A DNA stretch of 64,000 bases, from NCBI GenBank assembly GCA_002633005.1, contig NMRA01000156.1, positions 522,488-586,487 of the forward strand. Direction: 5' to 3'. Below, piece by piece: positions 49,301 to 64,000 of this stretch (position 1 is the first letter of the stretch; each line of letters opens with the position of its first letter). The translations under genes and the position numbers were made by a program. A model generated the notes under the pieces. It saw only the letters and a program-made list of their open reading frames with translations, was not told where the DNA came from and made no database searches. The DNA comes from Phoronis australis. Lineage: Eukaryota > Animalia > Phoronida.

Positions 49301-49879
49301 TATTTTCAACATAAACCCAGTATTTTCTCAGAACGACAGATCTGCCTGAATGCTGTCAGTGAAGAACCTCTCTGCAGGAATCCACCAGCTAAGAAAGCAG
49401 GAATTCTCAGCGGCAAGAGCCATTTCACAACTGATCACGTAACATACCGTAAATAGTGCCCGGTCTCTATATTCGTTTATTGCCAAAAAGATAGAACATC
49501 GCCAAAATTTATAATGAGCCAAAATCTCCTTCCCAAGGACTTTTTAACATGTACAACAATGTATAAAATGGCCAAAGATGCCTACATGAGTTACATTTAA
49601 ACTCATGGTTATGTCATGGCGACAGATGATTGAAGTCATCTAGTTTTCAATGGCATATTGGCGCAGACAGTTGGATCTCAAAAACGGACCGATTTCGACA
49701 TTACAGACAGACAGAAGGGGAACAGATAATTTGAAAGTCAAAATTACACCTTAATCAGGGTCTCCTGTCAATATAAGTTTGGCTGTTAAAAATTTAATTT
49801 AACTACTCTTTTGTCTGGCTACAACTGTAAAATTGGGGCTCACCACTTAAGCAATGATAATGAGATAAATAATGCTTAT

Positions 49880-50220
49880 TGCTTCAGGCAGGGTTGTGCA
49901 GTATGTTATCACATTATGTGTATTACATTGTATTCACATCAAGCCATTGTCTGCCTTTCATGGAATTAGCATTACATTGGGACACATTAGAGGTTGTGTG
50001 CTAGGTTTTGACTGGCCTAATTCATTATCTAATCAGCCAATCAGCAGGCACCCAGCAGGGGTCAGAGAAAGTTTGGTGGAGGTTGTCCAACTGGAGGAAG
50101 GGTCAAACAAAAGAGACCACTGTCAGAAGGATGTGACCTAATGGGAGAACTAGGTCAGCGATGAAACAAAGGTTTATTGACACATCTGTCAACTCCTAAC
50201 ATCTTTAATAGCAATTGGTG
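49880..50220. promoter_or_regulatory. Candidate developmental enhancer (motif cluster)
   Basis: Non-repetitive segment with CATTGT and AACAAAG (Sox/TCF-like), TGTCA/TGACA (Meis-like), several TAAT cores, TTTATTG, CCAAT, and RGGTCA/TGACCT half-sites. Motif inference only. Confidence 0.3.
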
Positions 50221-53200
50221 TTGGAACTTTCACTGGGTGTTCTTGGGTATTTAAATCTAATGATGTGAGATTCCCACAACTTATTCACTTCCTGGATAAT
50301 TACACAACAATAACTTTACCAAATATCAGACAATGAGCTTTCAACTGTTTTCTCAGCATAAGAGAACCCACGGAATCAACCATTTCCCCCATACATTTGC
50401 AACTATGGAACTCTCCACCAAACCAATTTTGAATCTTGCAGGCATCATTCACTGAAAGAACCCATCTTAAAGGTAAATGATAGAAAAATCAAGGTGCCTC
50501 ATGAATGACCTACTGCGTTAAAAGCCGATGTCACAACACGTCCATTTGCCAGTCCATGCAAAAAATACTTAAAGACTATAGCTTTCTTTTCCTTGTCATA
50601 GGATACTTATAAAACTGTCAAAAGCAGGCCAATTGAGTGATAAATTGGCACGCTGACAGATGGACTATACTGAAAGCATTCCCCTGCAAGTGGACTGGTC
50701 TCTGACACACAGAACTGCAGTTCCTCATGGATTTTTAAGAAATCTAATTGAATAACTGCTTAATACCATGTGTACACAAAGTTTAGGCACTCGCTAATCT
50801 GATATTTCCTAATTTCGTTAAGTTTACATAAATTACCCACAGGCACACAGAAAAGAACTATACTCCTCTAGCATGCACAAGTGAGCATTCAAAATCTGCT
50901 GCATGTTGCAAAAAGAACATTAACCACTGGGCCAAAACATTCTGTGAACATGACAATGCCTGCTCATCAAGCTTTGTTTCCCATACTTTCAAAGGCTACG
51001 CACAAATTCACAAGCTTCTGCGAGTTGGCTTCAAGACAATGAAGGTGTTACATTTGTCAAAAAAATAATATCGTAATTAGAGTTTACTTAAGCATTCATT
51101 TCGAAGAGTAGTGTTTAGGTTTCCACGGTGACGTTGTAACCCGCTTACTCGTTCATTTAATTACGTATGAGACATAGTCAACACCAAGCAGCTATAATAC
51201 AGACCAATATGATGGGATCATATAATTGAACTTTGAAAGCACACGGCTATTTTGAACAGGAAATTCAGTGTAGACCGTTCCTGTACTAGTATGTGACAAG
51301 AAGAATCTGGTAAAGACATCAGAGCCGATTCTATGCTATTCACTTAAAAACGAGCATTTAAATATGAAACCAAAGGCCAGCGCGATGATGCAACTGCGAT
51401 TATGGCACGCGTGCACTCTGACCTTGAAAACACAACCTTTAGTCTTTCAAATGACTTGATGGATATCCTAAAACCCAACACCTGCCACCATCAGACATTG
51501 CACCTGTCTATATGGTACAGTCTTCTGAACTTCCCGTTAAAGAATGTCGAACCAGATCCGCAACCTGTGACGCCGGTGTTTTCAGGGATGTTCTCAGACC
51601 AAAATTGCATGATAAGAAATGATACGATTAGATCTACAAGCAAAATGACACGGCAAAATATTCACAGGTTTACATTCCTGCCCTGAAACTGTTTCTGTTG
51701 TGAGCTAACAGTTGTACATATTATCCGCATTTGGGATTTTGAAAAAGCACTTTATTCTGACAAATTTGGGTAAAAAGTCCGATGCTTTCATAACTGCCTT
51801 AATTTTGACGTCTTAGTAATAGGGTAAATGTTAAAAAGAAAAGAACTTCTCAACTGATCTCTTTCAAGTATTATCAACATGCATTTTTTTAATTTAAACA
51901 ATCTATGTTAAGTTCTAAACATCAAACTGGTTATCAAATGGGTTTTACTGATAAACATTCTTCAAATTTTAAAAAAATTATTGCCAATATTATAATTTTT
52001 CTACTTTTCAAATGCTCAATTCAATGTCAAAATGCTCAAAATTTCACCGAGTATTTTATATGACAGATTACTATACAGAACCTTTTAAAATTAACTAAAA
52101 TTACCTTCCAAACGTATTTTTGTTGGGAAATTTGACCAAACAAAATGTCTCTTATCACCCATGTCCCACTCTGAACTAAAGAAACATTCTAGGAATTCAA
52201 TACTTACATCACCTTCAAACAGCCATAGCTATCAAAATGACAGAAGGGTGGAGAATAGATCAGCCGCTGTTTTTGAACCATTTTTTAAAGACACTCATCA
52301 GTGAGGAGACTTTTATATGTCGACACATCAATATATTTTATAAGCCACGATTTCAATGTCCTTGTAAAAAATATTTACTAATCTCTTTGGACTTTGTCTA
52401 AAGGTGTTAAGGGAGATTGTATGGATGTCACCATACAAAACTCAACACCACTGCAGATAATCAAAACGTAACCAATTTCGGACAAAAACAATTGCCAAAA
52501 TTGACCTATTTAATTTTTTCCAGCGCTTCTAACATCGTGGAAGCCCACAGTTTCTCAAAGCACTGGTATAGCACTCATAATGAAAAAGCCTTATTTTTAT
52601 GCAAAAATGAAAAATAAAATTTCACAGCCAACCACATTGTGACGTAAATTGGGGATATTCTACCAAATGCTGAAACGTGTTTGGTTCAAAATTTGGATGC
52701 TTGGTTTGAAAGTTCTTGTAAACTTGTGCGTCTATTTGCTCAATCCCAGATGCAAACCTGACCACAGAACTATCAATAATGGGATGTCTTATAGTTTGAG
52801 TAAACATTAAAATGTGCATTTCCTGGATTTGGACTACACCATAGAAAGGTTCAAAACAATTCATAGTATTCTAGTAATCTGCCGAGGTAAATAAGCATAT
52901 TTATTAGTAGTTATCACGACAATATACTAAACTAACAGTTTTATAACTGAAAAACACAACCTCTAAAGCCCTTACAGCCTGGATTGCTTCATGAACAGAG
53001 ACATTTACACAAGATAAGAAGTTATTAGCATGGGGGAGGGAAAATACTGGGTTATGTCTTGAAAAACTGATCGAATTTCAGTGAGGAGCTAGACGAAAGA
53101 AATATTTAGGTAAGAAATATTTACTGCGTTTTCAGCCAGTCAGTTAAATAGGTTTGCACTGGCTCTAAGATGCTGCACTGAAATATTTCATGTTTACTAA

Positions 53201-56200
53201 GCGCATTCTTTGAAATGCTTCCAGGCTTTGAAATTCAATTACTAGTGGGTTTTCTAAGGAACGCAAATTTTTCTGCTGTAAAACCTGGCCACAAGAAATT
53301 TTGAAATGTCTACCTCAAGAAGATAAAGACCATGGCTAGAGAAAGTTAAAGCTGTTGTCTTGGCAACAAAATAAATCCTTACCTTGAGGAGTGGGCTGCA
53401 GAAATCTAGCTTTAAATTTGAAATTCGATAACGGCATTAACAAACTGAAGCCATTTTTGAATGTTTTTGGCCGAGTCGCATTCACGAACAACCATGTTGA
53501 GAGGGAAAAGCATAACTAATGGGCTGATAAAGTTTCAAAGAAACTGAGATGGGTAACGACTGAAAGAAAATTAATTTTCTCTACATGCAACGTGCAAATG
53601 AAACATCTTTGTACGTCATTGTAATAATTAGTGATCATTATACAATATTTTTAACCACTGATGGAAAGCAATCCCCCGTCTTGCAATTCATGGTATGGGG
53701 CCTCAGGCAACAGAGACGTGAAGCCACAAACGCTGAGTGAAGAAACCCGACGTTGCTGTTAGAGGAAAATAGACACGTGAATGTCGCTGCAACAAGCATG
53801 TACTATAGCAGACGTGAAGGAAACTGATTAAGAATTTCATTTAGACGCTAACATGCAATCCTATGAATTTTCATCAAAGTATAACAAACATGAGCCTTGT
53901 TCACACTCTGATGCTCATTAACATTATGCAACTTTCAATAAAATATTAATACCATCAATTAATCTTCGTTCACATTTGACACTCAGTCTGAAGAAAACCA
54001 TAATTACCAACACGGAGAAACAATATCTCCTGATTTTAACACATTAACAAGTTTTCGTGACAAATCCAAACTAAAATACGTCGAAGTGGATTACGTCGTC
54101 ATTCACTTCCCCACGCAAAATGTGAAAAGGACACAGACCATCACATTTGAAACCTTAAAAATTGTTTTGATTTGTGTCATATTTCCACAGAAAACAGTTC
54201 TCAAAGATGCAAAAAAGAAAATCAAGTTAAAAAAATCTATTCTTAAAAACTATAGGATGCCAAAACAAAGCCGGTGAACATAAGCCTAGAAGGAGCCTCT
54301 AGAAATTGTTTGTGATCAACCATCTTGGAAACTGGGCTACCACGTCAAATCTTGTTAAAAGATAATTCAAGAAGCATTAAATCGTTGGCAGAATGGCTAT
54401 GTTGTCCACGTCAGTGATATTGTGCATTAGTTGAACTGAAAATCAATAGTTTTATATTTTGCCCCGGCTTTGTTTACACAAATTCCTAATCAACTTTTAA
54501 AAATCAAGTGCATAATTATAAGCTGCTGACAACCGATGCAGAAGTAGTCAGTCATAAGTGGAATCTCAGCTGGAGCTAACAAACATGGAGGTGACAATTC
54601 AAACGCTTTCAACAATGACATTTCAAACTTTCCACAAATTTTCTGTTAGATCACATTTGCGACATGCACTCAAAGAACAAAATCGTTTGATGCCAATAAA
54701 AGTCTGTCTGAGGCGTACACACATAAAGTTTGCTTCAATGATAATGTGGCAGTTTATGAACTTTCTTGAAATTTTTGAAAAACTGTTATTCGCGTTTATC
54801 ACACATTGCAAACCAATCTAAAAGCAAAAAGACAATGCCAAAAGAAACAAACTAGTCTGCATTCTTAACATAGCATAAGAATTTGAAATATGAATTCTAC
54901 TTTGGACTCTCTTTAAAAAATCATTGGCTCAGCACAAACGCTGAACAAGACTCAAGCCACCATGCTCGGTCACGAGTCAGAAATTTTGAAAGAGATTCAG
55001 CAAAAAGAGTTGCTAAAAACAGCAGCCAGCTAAAAACTGACTTGACACTTAGGTCCGGACCAAAAGGCTGAATCCAAAAGCCCATGATGCAAAACTGTGT
55101 AATTAGGTGGCAATATACAAAAACCCATTGTAACCACAAGGCTCCCCCTTTCACAGAGGACATGTCATTAGGCCAAAGCTTCAGGAATTCCTTTAGTATT
55201 TATCATAAGTCTAATAAACAAATACAGGTTTGGCTCATTCACGGGAATTCAATAAAACATGATTACTTAGAAAACTTTAAACAAATTGTCAGACATAAAC
55301 TAGGACAAGAACAGCTCCAGAATTTCACTTATAAAAACACACAAGCAGCCATTGTGTCCCCTAAAGATATTTAAACCTATACATAAACACATCATTGAAA
55401 TTCCCTTGAATCCCTCTCTTGTTAGGGGTCTGTTCTGTGGACCAGCTGTGCTTTTCACAAAATTTGTTAAGCATTTGAACCTATCTTTAAAATCTTATTC
55501 CATTTAACTAGAGTCACTGGCAGTTCAGAGTAAACACCAATACCCCAGAAATATTTTAATGCCTTTGTTGGCCCAGTCAGAGACATTGGTAAGGCCTGAC
55601 ACAAGGAGCTTTCCAAGAGCAGAGGCCAGGAGAAAGTCATCCAAAGAAATTAAACCCTGCACCACAAAGGATTACAAAGAAAGACTTAAAGCTATTACAA
55701 CTGCAACCCCTTTCTGAATGGCCATGCTTGCATTTTCAGTCTCAAACTGAAAAGAGTGAATACAAATAAAAAGCCACCATAATGAGGCAAATTGCTCAAT
55801 GTTGTACAATCTGACATCATAATGGCACCTATTAATCAGTGGAACAAGGTGGCAGAACCATGGAGAGCATTCTAATAGAACAGGCGCAATGACCAAGTAC
55901 CTGCAATTTGGCTCAAAACCTAACTATGGCGCCTGGCAGGCAGGCAGAAATTGTAAAATTATCACCTGAGAGTCTTAGCGTCTTAGCCAGAACTGTGACC
56001 AACGGCGCTCACCACAAAACGAAACAATGAACTTGGTTACTTTTGAATCAGTAACCATCTTTTCGGCTGGAGATTTTTTTCTTCGAAAATAGCAATAAAT
56101 TACCCTAAGTTCTTGATCCACCTTCTACACCTACTGTGCCCAGCACATAAGACAGGATTACCGCATAAGAAAAAATGGACTGCCATGGAGGCCCTGTAGT

Positions 56201-59200
56201 CCACAGCAAAACCTCACCAATTTTAAACAAAAATAATCATCAAAAGTGGTCTCATTTCAAAAAGTCTTGCAAAAGACATCTATCAAGCCATTTACTATGT
56301 GCCCCATACATTTTAAGAAAAAATGGAAAAATCACTTTTCCCCCATACTGTCCCCTAAGCTGGTAAGATTTAATGTAATTACGTCTTTGTTGTGACAAAG
56401 ATTCTTCAACTTCGGTTATAAACAACCGCTGAAGTTGCTGGCTTTTTCATTTCTGAGATTTGTATTGTTGTTAACGTTGGAAAAATTATCAAATATTTAT
56501 GGCGACTGCTGTGCTGTATAAACCATGTCAACAATAATATAAACCTTTTAAATTTTTTTAAATCGTCAAGACTACTCAAAGCAGCACAATATTTAGGTCA
56601 GCCCGATGTTCACCAAACGAGAGGACAAGGACATTCAACGCTGTGGGTATGAAAAAATCTCACCAATTTCGAACAATAATTGCCAAAATTACCTTTTTGT
56701 CATTTTCAAAGTCTTCCTACAATGTTGCGCATACCCACATTTTTTCAAAATATTTTCTGAAGGAAGTCATGGTACAGAACTTGTACATGGTCAAGAACTA
56801 ATCTGATGCTATATATCTTTTATGACACAATCAGAGAATAAAATTTCACTTGTCCACCATCTTCAGTCCTAAATTGACAAGACTTTACCACACTGCATCA
56901 TGGGACTCTCCCCTCAGCTGAACGCTGAAGTCAATCATAGGTTGGCAGGGCAATCGGAAAAGCATGGCAATTTTTCTTTTAAGATTTGCTTTAGACTGAT
57001 CCCAACACCCCCAACAAACTATTGCGCCTCTTCCCCACGAAAATTTTGAAATGTTTCAAAAAAGGCGACCACCATGAGTACATTTTCTCTCATTTCCAGT
57101 ATGCTTTATCCCGAGTTGATGAAAATGTTCCAATCCAAGGGACAAAATGGTGGGTGAAATTTGCAAAGGATAATGCTTCATGTTGTCTTGGTCGGTTGTG
57201 TTTTGCTCCCCCCTGCGTAGTCAGTCTAGTATTGCATCTCATGGTTGTTTTATGGAATACCCTAGTCACGAATAGACCATGTCATCAATTTGAACGACTG
57301 GTAAAACACATAACTTTTACATTTTAATATCTTCCTAAACAAAAGTGTTAATAGCTTCAATATTTCAAGGATAAACAACTATTTTTGCATTTTTTGCATT
57401 ACATCTAATCAAAAATTCATGTGAGGACAAAAGAGCATCACGTTAAAACAGTCGAATATGTTTGGAAATAGATGTTAATAAGTAATACGTAATGTTTATA
57501 CAAAAAAGCAGTTGTTCAAACACGATCAAGTACATTGGACAGAACAAGTTGGGATGAAACAGGACACATGCACTGTAACGAATGTCACAAAAACTGATGG
57601 ATAGTCCGGTCTAATGATTGACATATTCACATCACAATCATTTCAGGCACATAATTGTTGAAATTGTAAAAACAACGAGAACCTCACTCTTTTGAATCGA
57701 TATTTCTTATTTGAATTCTTGCACCCTTAACTTATGAAAACCTATAATTTCATCAGTGAAATGTGTTCACATTTGTTTAATTAATTAATTGTGGTTTTTA
57801 TCAGTGAACTTGAATGGAAACCCGTATGGTTGAGTGGTATAAGGCTTTCCACAGATGGGCATTTAAACACTATTAAAACACTTTATCAAATTACTTGACA
57901 AATACATTTGGCATCTAATTAAACTTCAACTAATCTGAAAAAAGAAGTCGAACCCAACTTTCGAATGCCCCTAAAGTCGTTTCACATTGTGTTCTGATAT
58001 CCGGTACGTATTGTTGTCACCATCTGGATGAGTGGCCAGAATTGGAGAAATGAAATTAAACCAATTTTAAGACCCTAAAGTCAACATACCTATTGCTCTC
58101 ACAAAGTGAGGATGTAAAGAAAAACTTACAGCAGATGGTGGGCTATTTTTATTGCTATATCTATCTCACAAACACAGTGACATGTGTGCATGCATGTGTT
58201 TGTGCGAGACTGTGTGTGAGTGTTGAAGAATACGCATACTCCAGTAGTCCAAGCTTGACAGTGTGATAAACTTATAAGATTTCCATCCCTCTATTGTGAA
58301 GATGGACATGAAATATAAATGACTTTCAGCAAAGCTGGGTAGTAATTTAAAACTAATTATGTCAGTTACATAATCAAACAGCATTATTGTGTAGTCCTTC
58401 CCTGTTAGACAGGCCTCAGACTGCCTTGTGTGTTCAATACATAATGTCTTAAAGCAATTTTCAATTCATATTAGTGGTGAATTTCAGTGCAATGGAGCGA
58501 GCCACTAGAATTAGCAGAAGACCGCTCAGTTAGTGGTGGCTAAAAACAGTAGGAGGCCTAGTCGTCATTTTCACAAGCCATACATAATTACAACGTTAGT
58601 GAAACTCTGGACGTTACAGCATTCCCAATCTGTTCAATTGTGCTGACCAAAGACAAGTGACTTAACATTTTGTGAAAATTACCCATTGTAAGGTGGCCTG
58701 CCTTGAAAAGGAGTTCAACATGGAAAAGACAGCGCCTGTGGAAATTAAAACCTAAGAACCCGTCATTACCCGGCAGAAGTCCAAAGAAATGATAATCTAG
58801 ACCTTATAATTGCTTTACGCAACGGTTTAATGAAATAGGATATATTCATGTTATTCGCGTCATAAATTAGAAATTGGCTCCCATCCTGCTGCCTTGAAAG
58901 TACAGTTCACTGATATCTCAAATGTTTCTAAAACCTACGAAAGCACTTCACTTCAGCAATGCATACTGGAAACAACTTTGTCAAAATTCTCTCAATAAAA
59001 ATAAACAGTGACAATATTTTACTCCATTAAAAGCAAAGTTTACACTATGTGCGTGAAACGAAATAAAAAATGGTGAACTACATAGGTTTACTTGCACAGC
59101 AAAGGTGGTCAGTATTTGAAATAATAGCACCTGTTTTTGTGCAAACAACTGAAAAATTCACTGTAATAGAAACATGCTAGGTAGACTTTACTCATAAAAC

Positions 59201-62200
59201 AGAAATTCTACTAATATTTACTGCTCCAATAATTAGTTAAATAAGGAACAATAAGTGTATAGTATTGCTTTGAATTTTACAAAAAAAACAAGTAAAAATA
59301 GGCTTCCACTAAATTTTCGTTCATGGCATTTGACCCACATGACAAGACCATAGTCAGTTTCGCGTACACTTTTACTCAATGACACTTCATTTCATGGCAA
59401 AAGCATCAAGAATCTCATTTTAGTAACTTAGCTGGAACTATAGGTTTGTCCTTGAACAAGCCCTGACTGAAACCAAGGTCAAACAATCTTAAAAAGTTTA
59501 CAGTCATAGATTAAATACAAGAAAGCTCACTAAAATTATAATTTGTGTGTTCTGGGAATGTAACAGTAAGACATGAAAGAACATTTCTTTGTGTCTAAGA
59601 ACAAAAAATAACGGAAATTTGAGAAAACAGAAGGGATTTAAAATGGGGTTAGAATATTAAACCGCAAATTTGTCACTTTAAAATCATGGAGGTTAAAAGT
59701 TTCAAAAATTTACCCGGTATTTGATAAATGATTAGTTGGATTTATGTAATCATGTTCACACACGCATAAACAGGGGAACCCTACCCTAAATAGCACTAGG
59801 AATGAAAACGTTACTGAGTTTACAAACATAGTTGCGGACAATGTGAAAGATATTCTGACCAGAGGTTATTGGCGCCAACACCCGCAATGCAATAACAAAA
59901 GTTAATTTTGCGAAAAAATGTTTTGTTTGCAAAAAAGAAACTATTTAAAACTCCGAACTATTTGAAGCCCAGTAACTAGTAAATACATGTACATCGCCAT
60001 TTTAGACCATATTCGTTCACTTCTAGTAAAACTGTTTCTTAGGTCGTATAACAAGTACATTACTTTTTCACAAAATTCGACCTAAACAAATTTCCCCTTC
60101 TGTAGGTTGAGTTTGAAATAATGACGATATCAATGTAAACTTAACCTCAAAACAGCGGCCTGAGGCCATCTTCTCTAGTTTGAGCCATACAGAAGAGAGA
60201 GGACAATGCTTAAAACAGCATTGTTATCTTTTAAAACTCTTTTGAACAGTCCATGTTTTGATAGCCCAGTGCGCATTCCTTCACCGAATGGCTCAAAAAT
60301 GTGTAAAAACAACACCAAACTATTATTCAGGAAAATAATGTTATCATTGGCATAATTTCAATGGATCGTTGTCAATAATAAAATTGCCTGTCAAGCGAAA
60401 AATGTCTTTTTTCTGTCGGTTTCATCGAATACCAACAATTCTTTCAATTAATACAGGACACAATACAAGCTTGGATTGCGCATTATCAAAAAATGAATGT
60501 GATATCTATATTTTTGTACAAAACTCCGCCACCCACATTTCTTTGTTTCACAAATTTGGTTAATGTTTATTGTATTTTAAAAGTTCAAGCATACCATTTC
60601 CACATTTTGTCAAATCCGGTATTTAGAAATTTATTTTTGGGTAACCGAACCGGAGACTAGACATTCGTAGTGAATGTCTTACTTAAACGTTTTCAAGCCC
60701 CACGCAACATCTTTGAAAACCCTTTTTGGCTTCATCTTTTTTGGGATGATACCGTTGTTTGGTTCTTTCAAAACAGCGAGTTAGCTGTCTTATCAAGGGA
60801 GTGAGCAGAGTTCATTTATGTCTTTAATGGGAGATACACAGCCGCCATCTTTATTTATCCCAGTCTGAAGTTTGACATAATAAGCGACATTTTAAATTTC
60901 CCCTTTTTTCTAAAACTGAGGTGTGGCAAGGTTAACACGAAACAACATCATACTCGCATGTTGCTTGAGGTTGCATAGATACCAATGTTTCTTCATTGTT
61001 TTATCAAGAAAATAAGATTTAAAAGAGAGCATGACTAGGTTTATTATTTTTCTATACATGCTAAAGAGTTTATAAAAACATGGGCCAATATTGTTTTAAG
61101 TGCTCCAGTGATACCAGCCCATCGCCTTTGTTAGGATCACTACACTTCCCCTCGACTGACTTTAGTTTACCCAGCTGCTCTGATAAAACTGCTTCAAAAT
61201 TTTCATAGGCAATGTGTCAGAATTAAAAAATAACAACACCCCAGGAGACCAGTCAATGATTTATTGATCAGGCCATTGTCAAAACTTTATTTTTAAAAAA
61301 GATATCTTTTGAATATTTAATGCTATTGGCAGCAGACAAAAGTTTACTACATCAACCACTGAACAATGAGTTACCAGCTTGTCAATAGATCGGTTAAACA
61401 AATTTGGAGGATCAATAAAATTTAATCAAATGGATAATCGATGCTGAAACAACACACCAGTGCATGCTTAGAATGGAATGCTTTTGAAATATTGATTCGC
61501 TTTTGTGGAATTTATTATTGTCCAATTCAAACCAGTAGCAGAACCCATGTTTGTCAACGGGTATTTGATCCTAGGACAAACTCCAGCCGATGTTGTTTTT
61601 TGTGGTCAAATTGAACATGAAACGAAAGGCAAAGTGACGTGGGCATGAAGTCCCAGCCAGTTGAAATCTACACAGACCATTTTTAATGTTCACTAAAAAA
61701 GCCACATAAACACGAGTTCAGTTCTCGCGATTTACCTTGCACACGCAAAACATATAATTTAGTGAGGGACATAGGATGAAACAAAAACTACATTTTAAAA
61801 ATTAGGCAATTCAAGTCATCGCAACAATTGATTAAACTCAAAAACAAATTTGGCCAAGAGTTAATACACATGGTTTTAATAGCAAACCACTTAAAAAAAT
61901 ACTAGCCTAAACTCAGAACTTACAAATTAACTTCGGTCCATTAGTTGAACTTTGTGCTTTCCCAGTGAACTTCTCAAAACCTGCAATGATAAAAAGAGCT
62001 AAAATTAACCACTTCACCCATGATCTTAACTTCTCAACAAGTGACCTTTGACCTAGCGCAATTGAAGTGTCAGTCATAAATGGCTATCACTGGGCTTTTC
62101 AGGTAGACACTCTATTGTCACATCTCCCTGTGAAAACGAGGTGTCCAACAGTGAGGTGTCCAACAGCATGTCAAAACGCCACCCACACTGCGCTAGCTGC

Positions 62201-62812
62201 ACATTGCAACAGGATCTACGGAATTCAATTAAAATCCAACATATAATCCTGGTACTGAATTGAGAAACAATGCAAAAAAAGATTTTCAATTGACACAGGT
62301 CTCGACTGATGCATCCAATTCAGTCCTGCATGAAATAACCAGCACAAAGTTACATTTTCACACATGCATTCCATATTGGAACTTTATTAAGTATGACCAC
62401 GAAAAATAAATAGAAGTGGAATAATAATTAGGTCAGGGATAACGGGACCTATGGCGGGCATCAAAATGAAACGAACATAATTTTTCACCTGACAGAATAT
62501 TTAATTTTAATTGCACTACAGATTAAAACTGCGAAACGGCACTATGACAACATACCATGGGCTTGAAGCAGTTAATTACCTTTGCATGTATTTAGAACAA
62601 CACCCATATGAAATGCGTTAAGTTTATGTTTACAGCACTTGGTCACCCAAGGAAATGGGTTCAGTATCTGATATGTCAGGGAATGCATACTTTAATACAG
62701 CAGTATTGCTAGCATTACTTCAACAGTTAACAGTGGACATCCTTTCAAATTCACGAGCCATAACTATTATACCATTTCAAAGGAGTTGCAGGCATGCTAG
62801 ATGCTTGCTGAC

Positions 62813-62857
62813 AAAAATATACCTCACAGTCAAAATATACCTTACAGTCAAAATATA
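62813..62857. repeat. Short tandem duplication (18 bp x ~2.4)
   Basis: AAAATATACCTYACAGTC repeated. Confidence 0.8.
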
Positions 62858-64000
62858 ATACACGGTATGTAGCCAAGTACAAGCTTTCAAACCATGAAAT
62901 TTATGCCAGACAATTGGCAGATAAAACGATCTAAGTGAATTTTAAAGATGTACTTGTGAAACGAAAATTTCATTGCGTCACAGAAAACGTTATCCTTTTG
63001 ATGTCGCTATAAAGCAAAAATGAACATTGTGTTAAACATGCAAACTGGCTTATTGACGAGTACCAAGTTTAGTTAGAAAGCTGGTTGCCAAGTGAGTTTT
63101 GAAGACCTGTCAAAATACACTTAGAGAACCCTGTCGGTGAAATTCAAGACATCAGTTAACCAATTGGCCTGTTCTTTGTTGTAATTACTAAAGGGTTAAG
63201 TACATGGCGTGTTCTTGATAAGACGTTTTGACAATGCGTTAAAATATATGCAAATATACTGCGATTTTCCTCAAATGGCATGCAAGCTCCAAAGATTGAT
63301 CTGAGGGCATCAAAGCCGGCCATCAATAAATGCGAGAAGGAAGAAACAAGATGCCACTGGTGTGGTGGTGAACAAAAAAAAACGATTATCTCGTTTACAA
63401 TCAACTGGACTGCACAGAACCACAGACTCACTGAAACGCATTAGATCACACCTTCATAATTGGCATAACAGGGCTCACAAAAGAGCAGTCGGAATAAAGT
63501 TTCAGATCGCATGGATCACCTAGTCGTTTACCTGTCCTCAATGCTGTCAGTCAGAAAACGAGCAGAGCTGAAGTTGCAGTCGACTGAGTGGTGGGATTGA
63601 TTTTAAAATTGACAAAACTGTACTTAGTGAGGCTGTTAAATCTCTGCAGAATTGTGCTAGAGCTGGTTAATTGCTGGTCTAAATTATACTTCAAGTTTAA
63701 AGAAAACATATTCAAGTTTTATTTATGTTACAGCTGAGGCTTTGATGAGAAGTGCAGGGGAATCGCTAATGATCGCGGCAGACCTTTAAATAGAAACCCA
63801 TCCTAAAATTTTAATTGCAGATTAATTCAGTGAAACGAAGCTAACCTTGTTAAAAGCTGCCAAGATAACATTATAAATTAGAGCCGGCATATCATAAAAG
63901 CATAGGAGTCTAAGATATGGTGAACATATGGCGTGCCTGAATTTCTCAAGTTTTATGTATACTGTGTGGGAAATGTGTTGAAAAGATGTCTGAATTGGAG

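Noticed and set aside
51545-51610. Minus-strand GGTTCGA B-box-like motif (tRNA/SINE); also an A-box-like TGGTTGAGTGG near 57826
   Set aside because: No cloverleaf and no properly paired A/B boxes; at most very old SINE debris.

Overview
AT-rich eukaryotic (animal) genomic DNA, most likely a marine invertebrate; the taxon is inferred from repeat types and gene style only. The first ~25 kb is repeat-rich. It holds two inverted copies of an internally deleted Kolobok-type DNA transposon (TTAA target sites, AGGAG...CTCCT ends, decayed THAP and YQFEP-type ORF remnants) and several MITE families (one with 5-bp TSDs, one apparently without a TSD). It also holds a minisatellite, a spliced minus-strand gene for a ~360-aa coiled-coil protein that may contain two frame-compensating micro-exons, and a possible small plus-strand spliced gene. 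The rest is dominated by one minus-strand gene whose whole CDS (32414-35869, 1151 aa) lies in one exon. It encodes 13 dispersed C2H2 zinc fingers, an SRRKQSKP NuRD-type motif and CtBP-like PxNLx motifs. Around it are a probable long 3' UTR and a >28 kb upstream non-coding (probably intronic) region with enhancer-like motif clusters. I found no rRNA, tRNA, CRISPR array or intact transposase. All calls were made by eye, without database searches.
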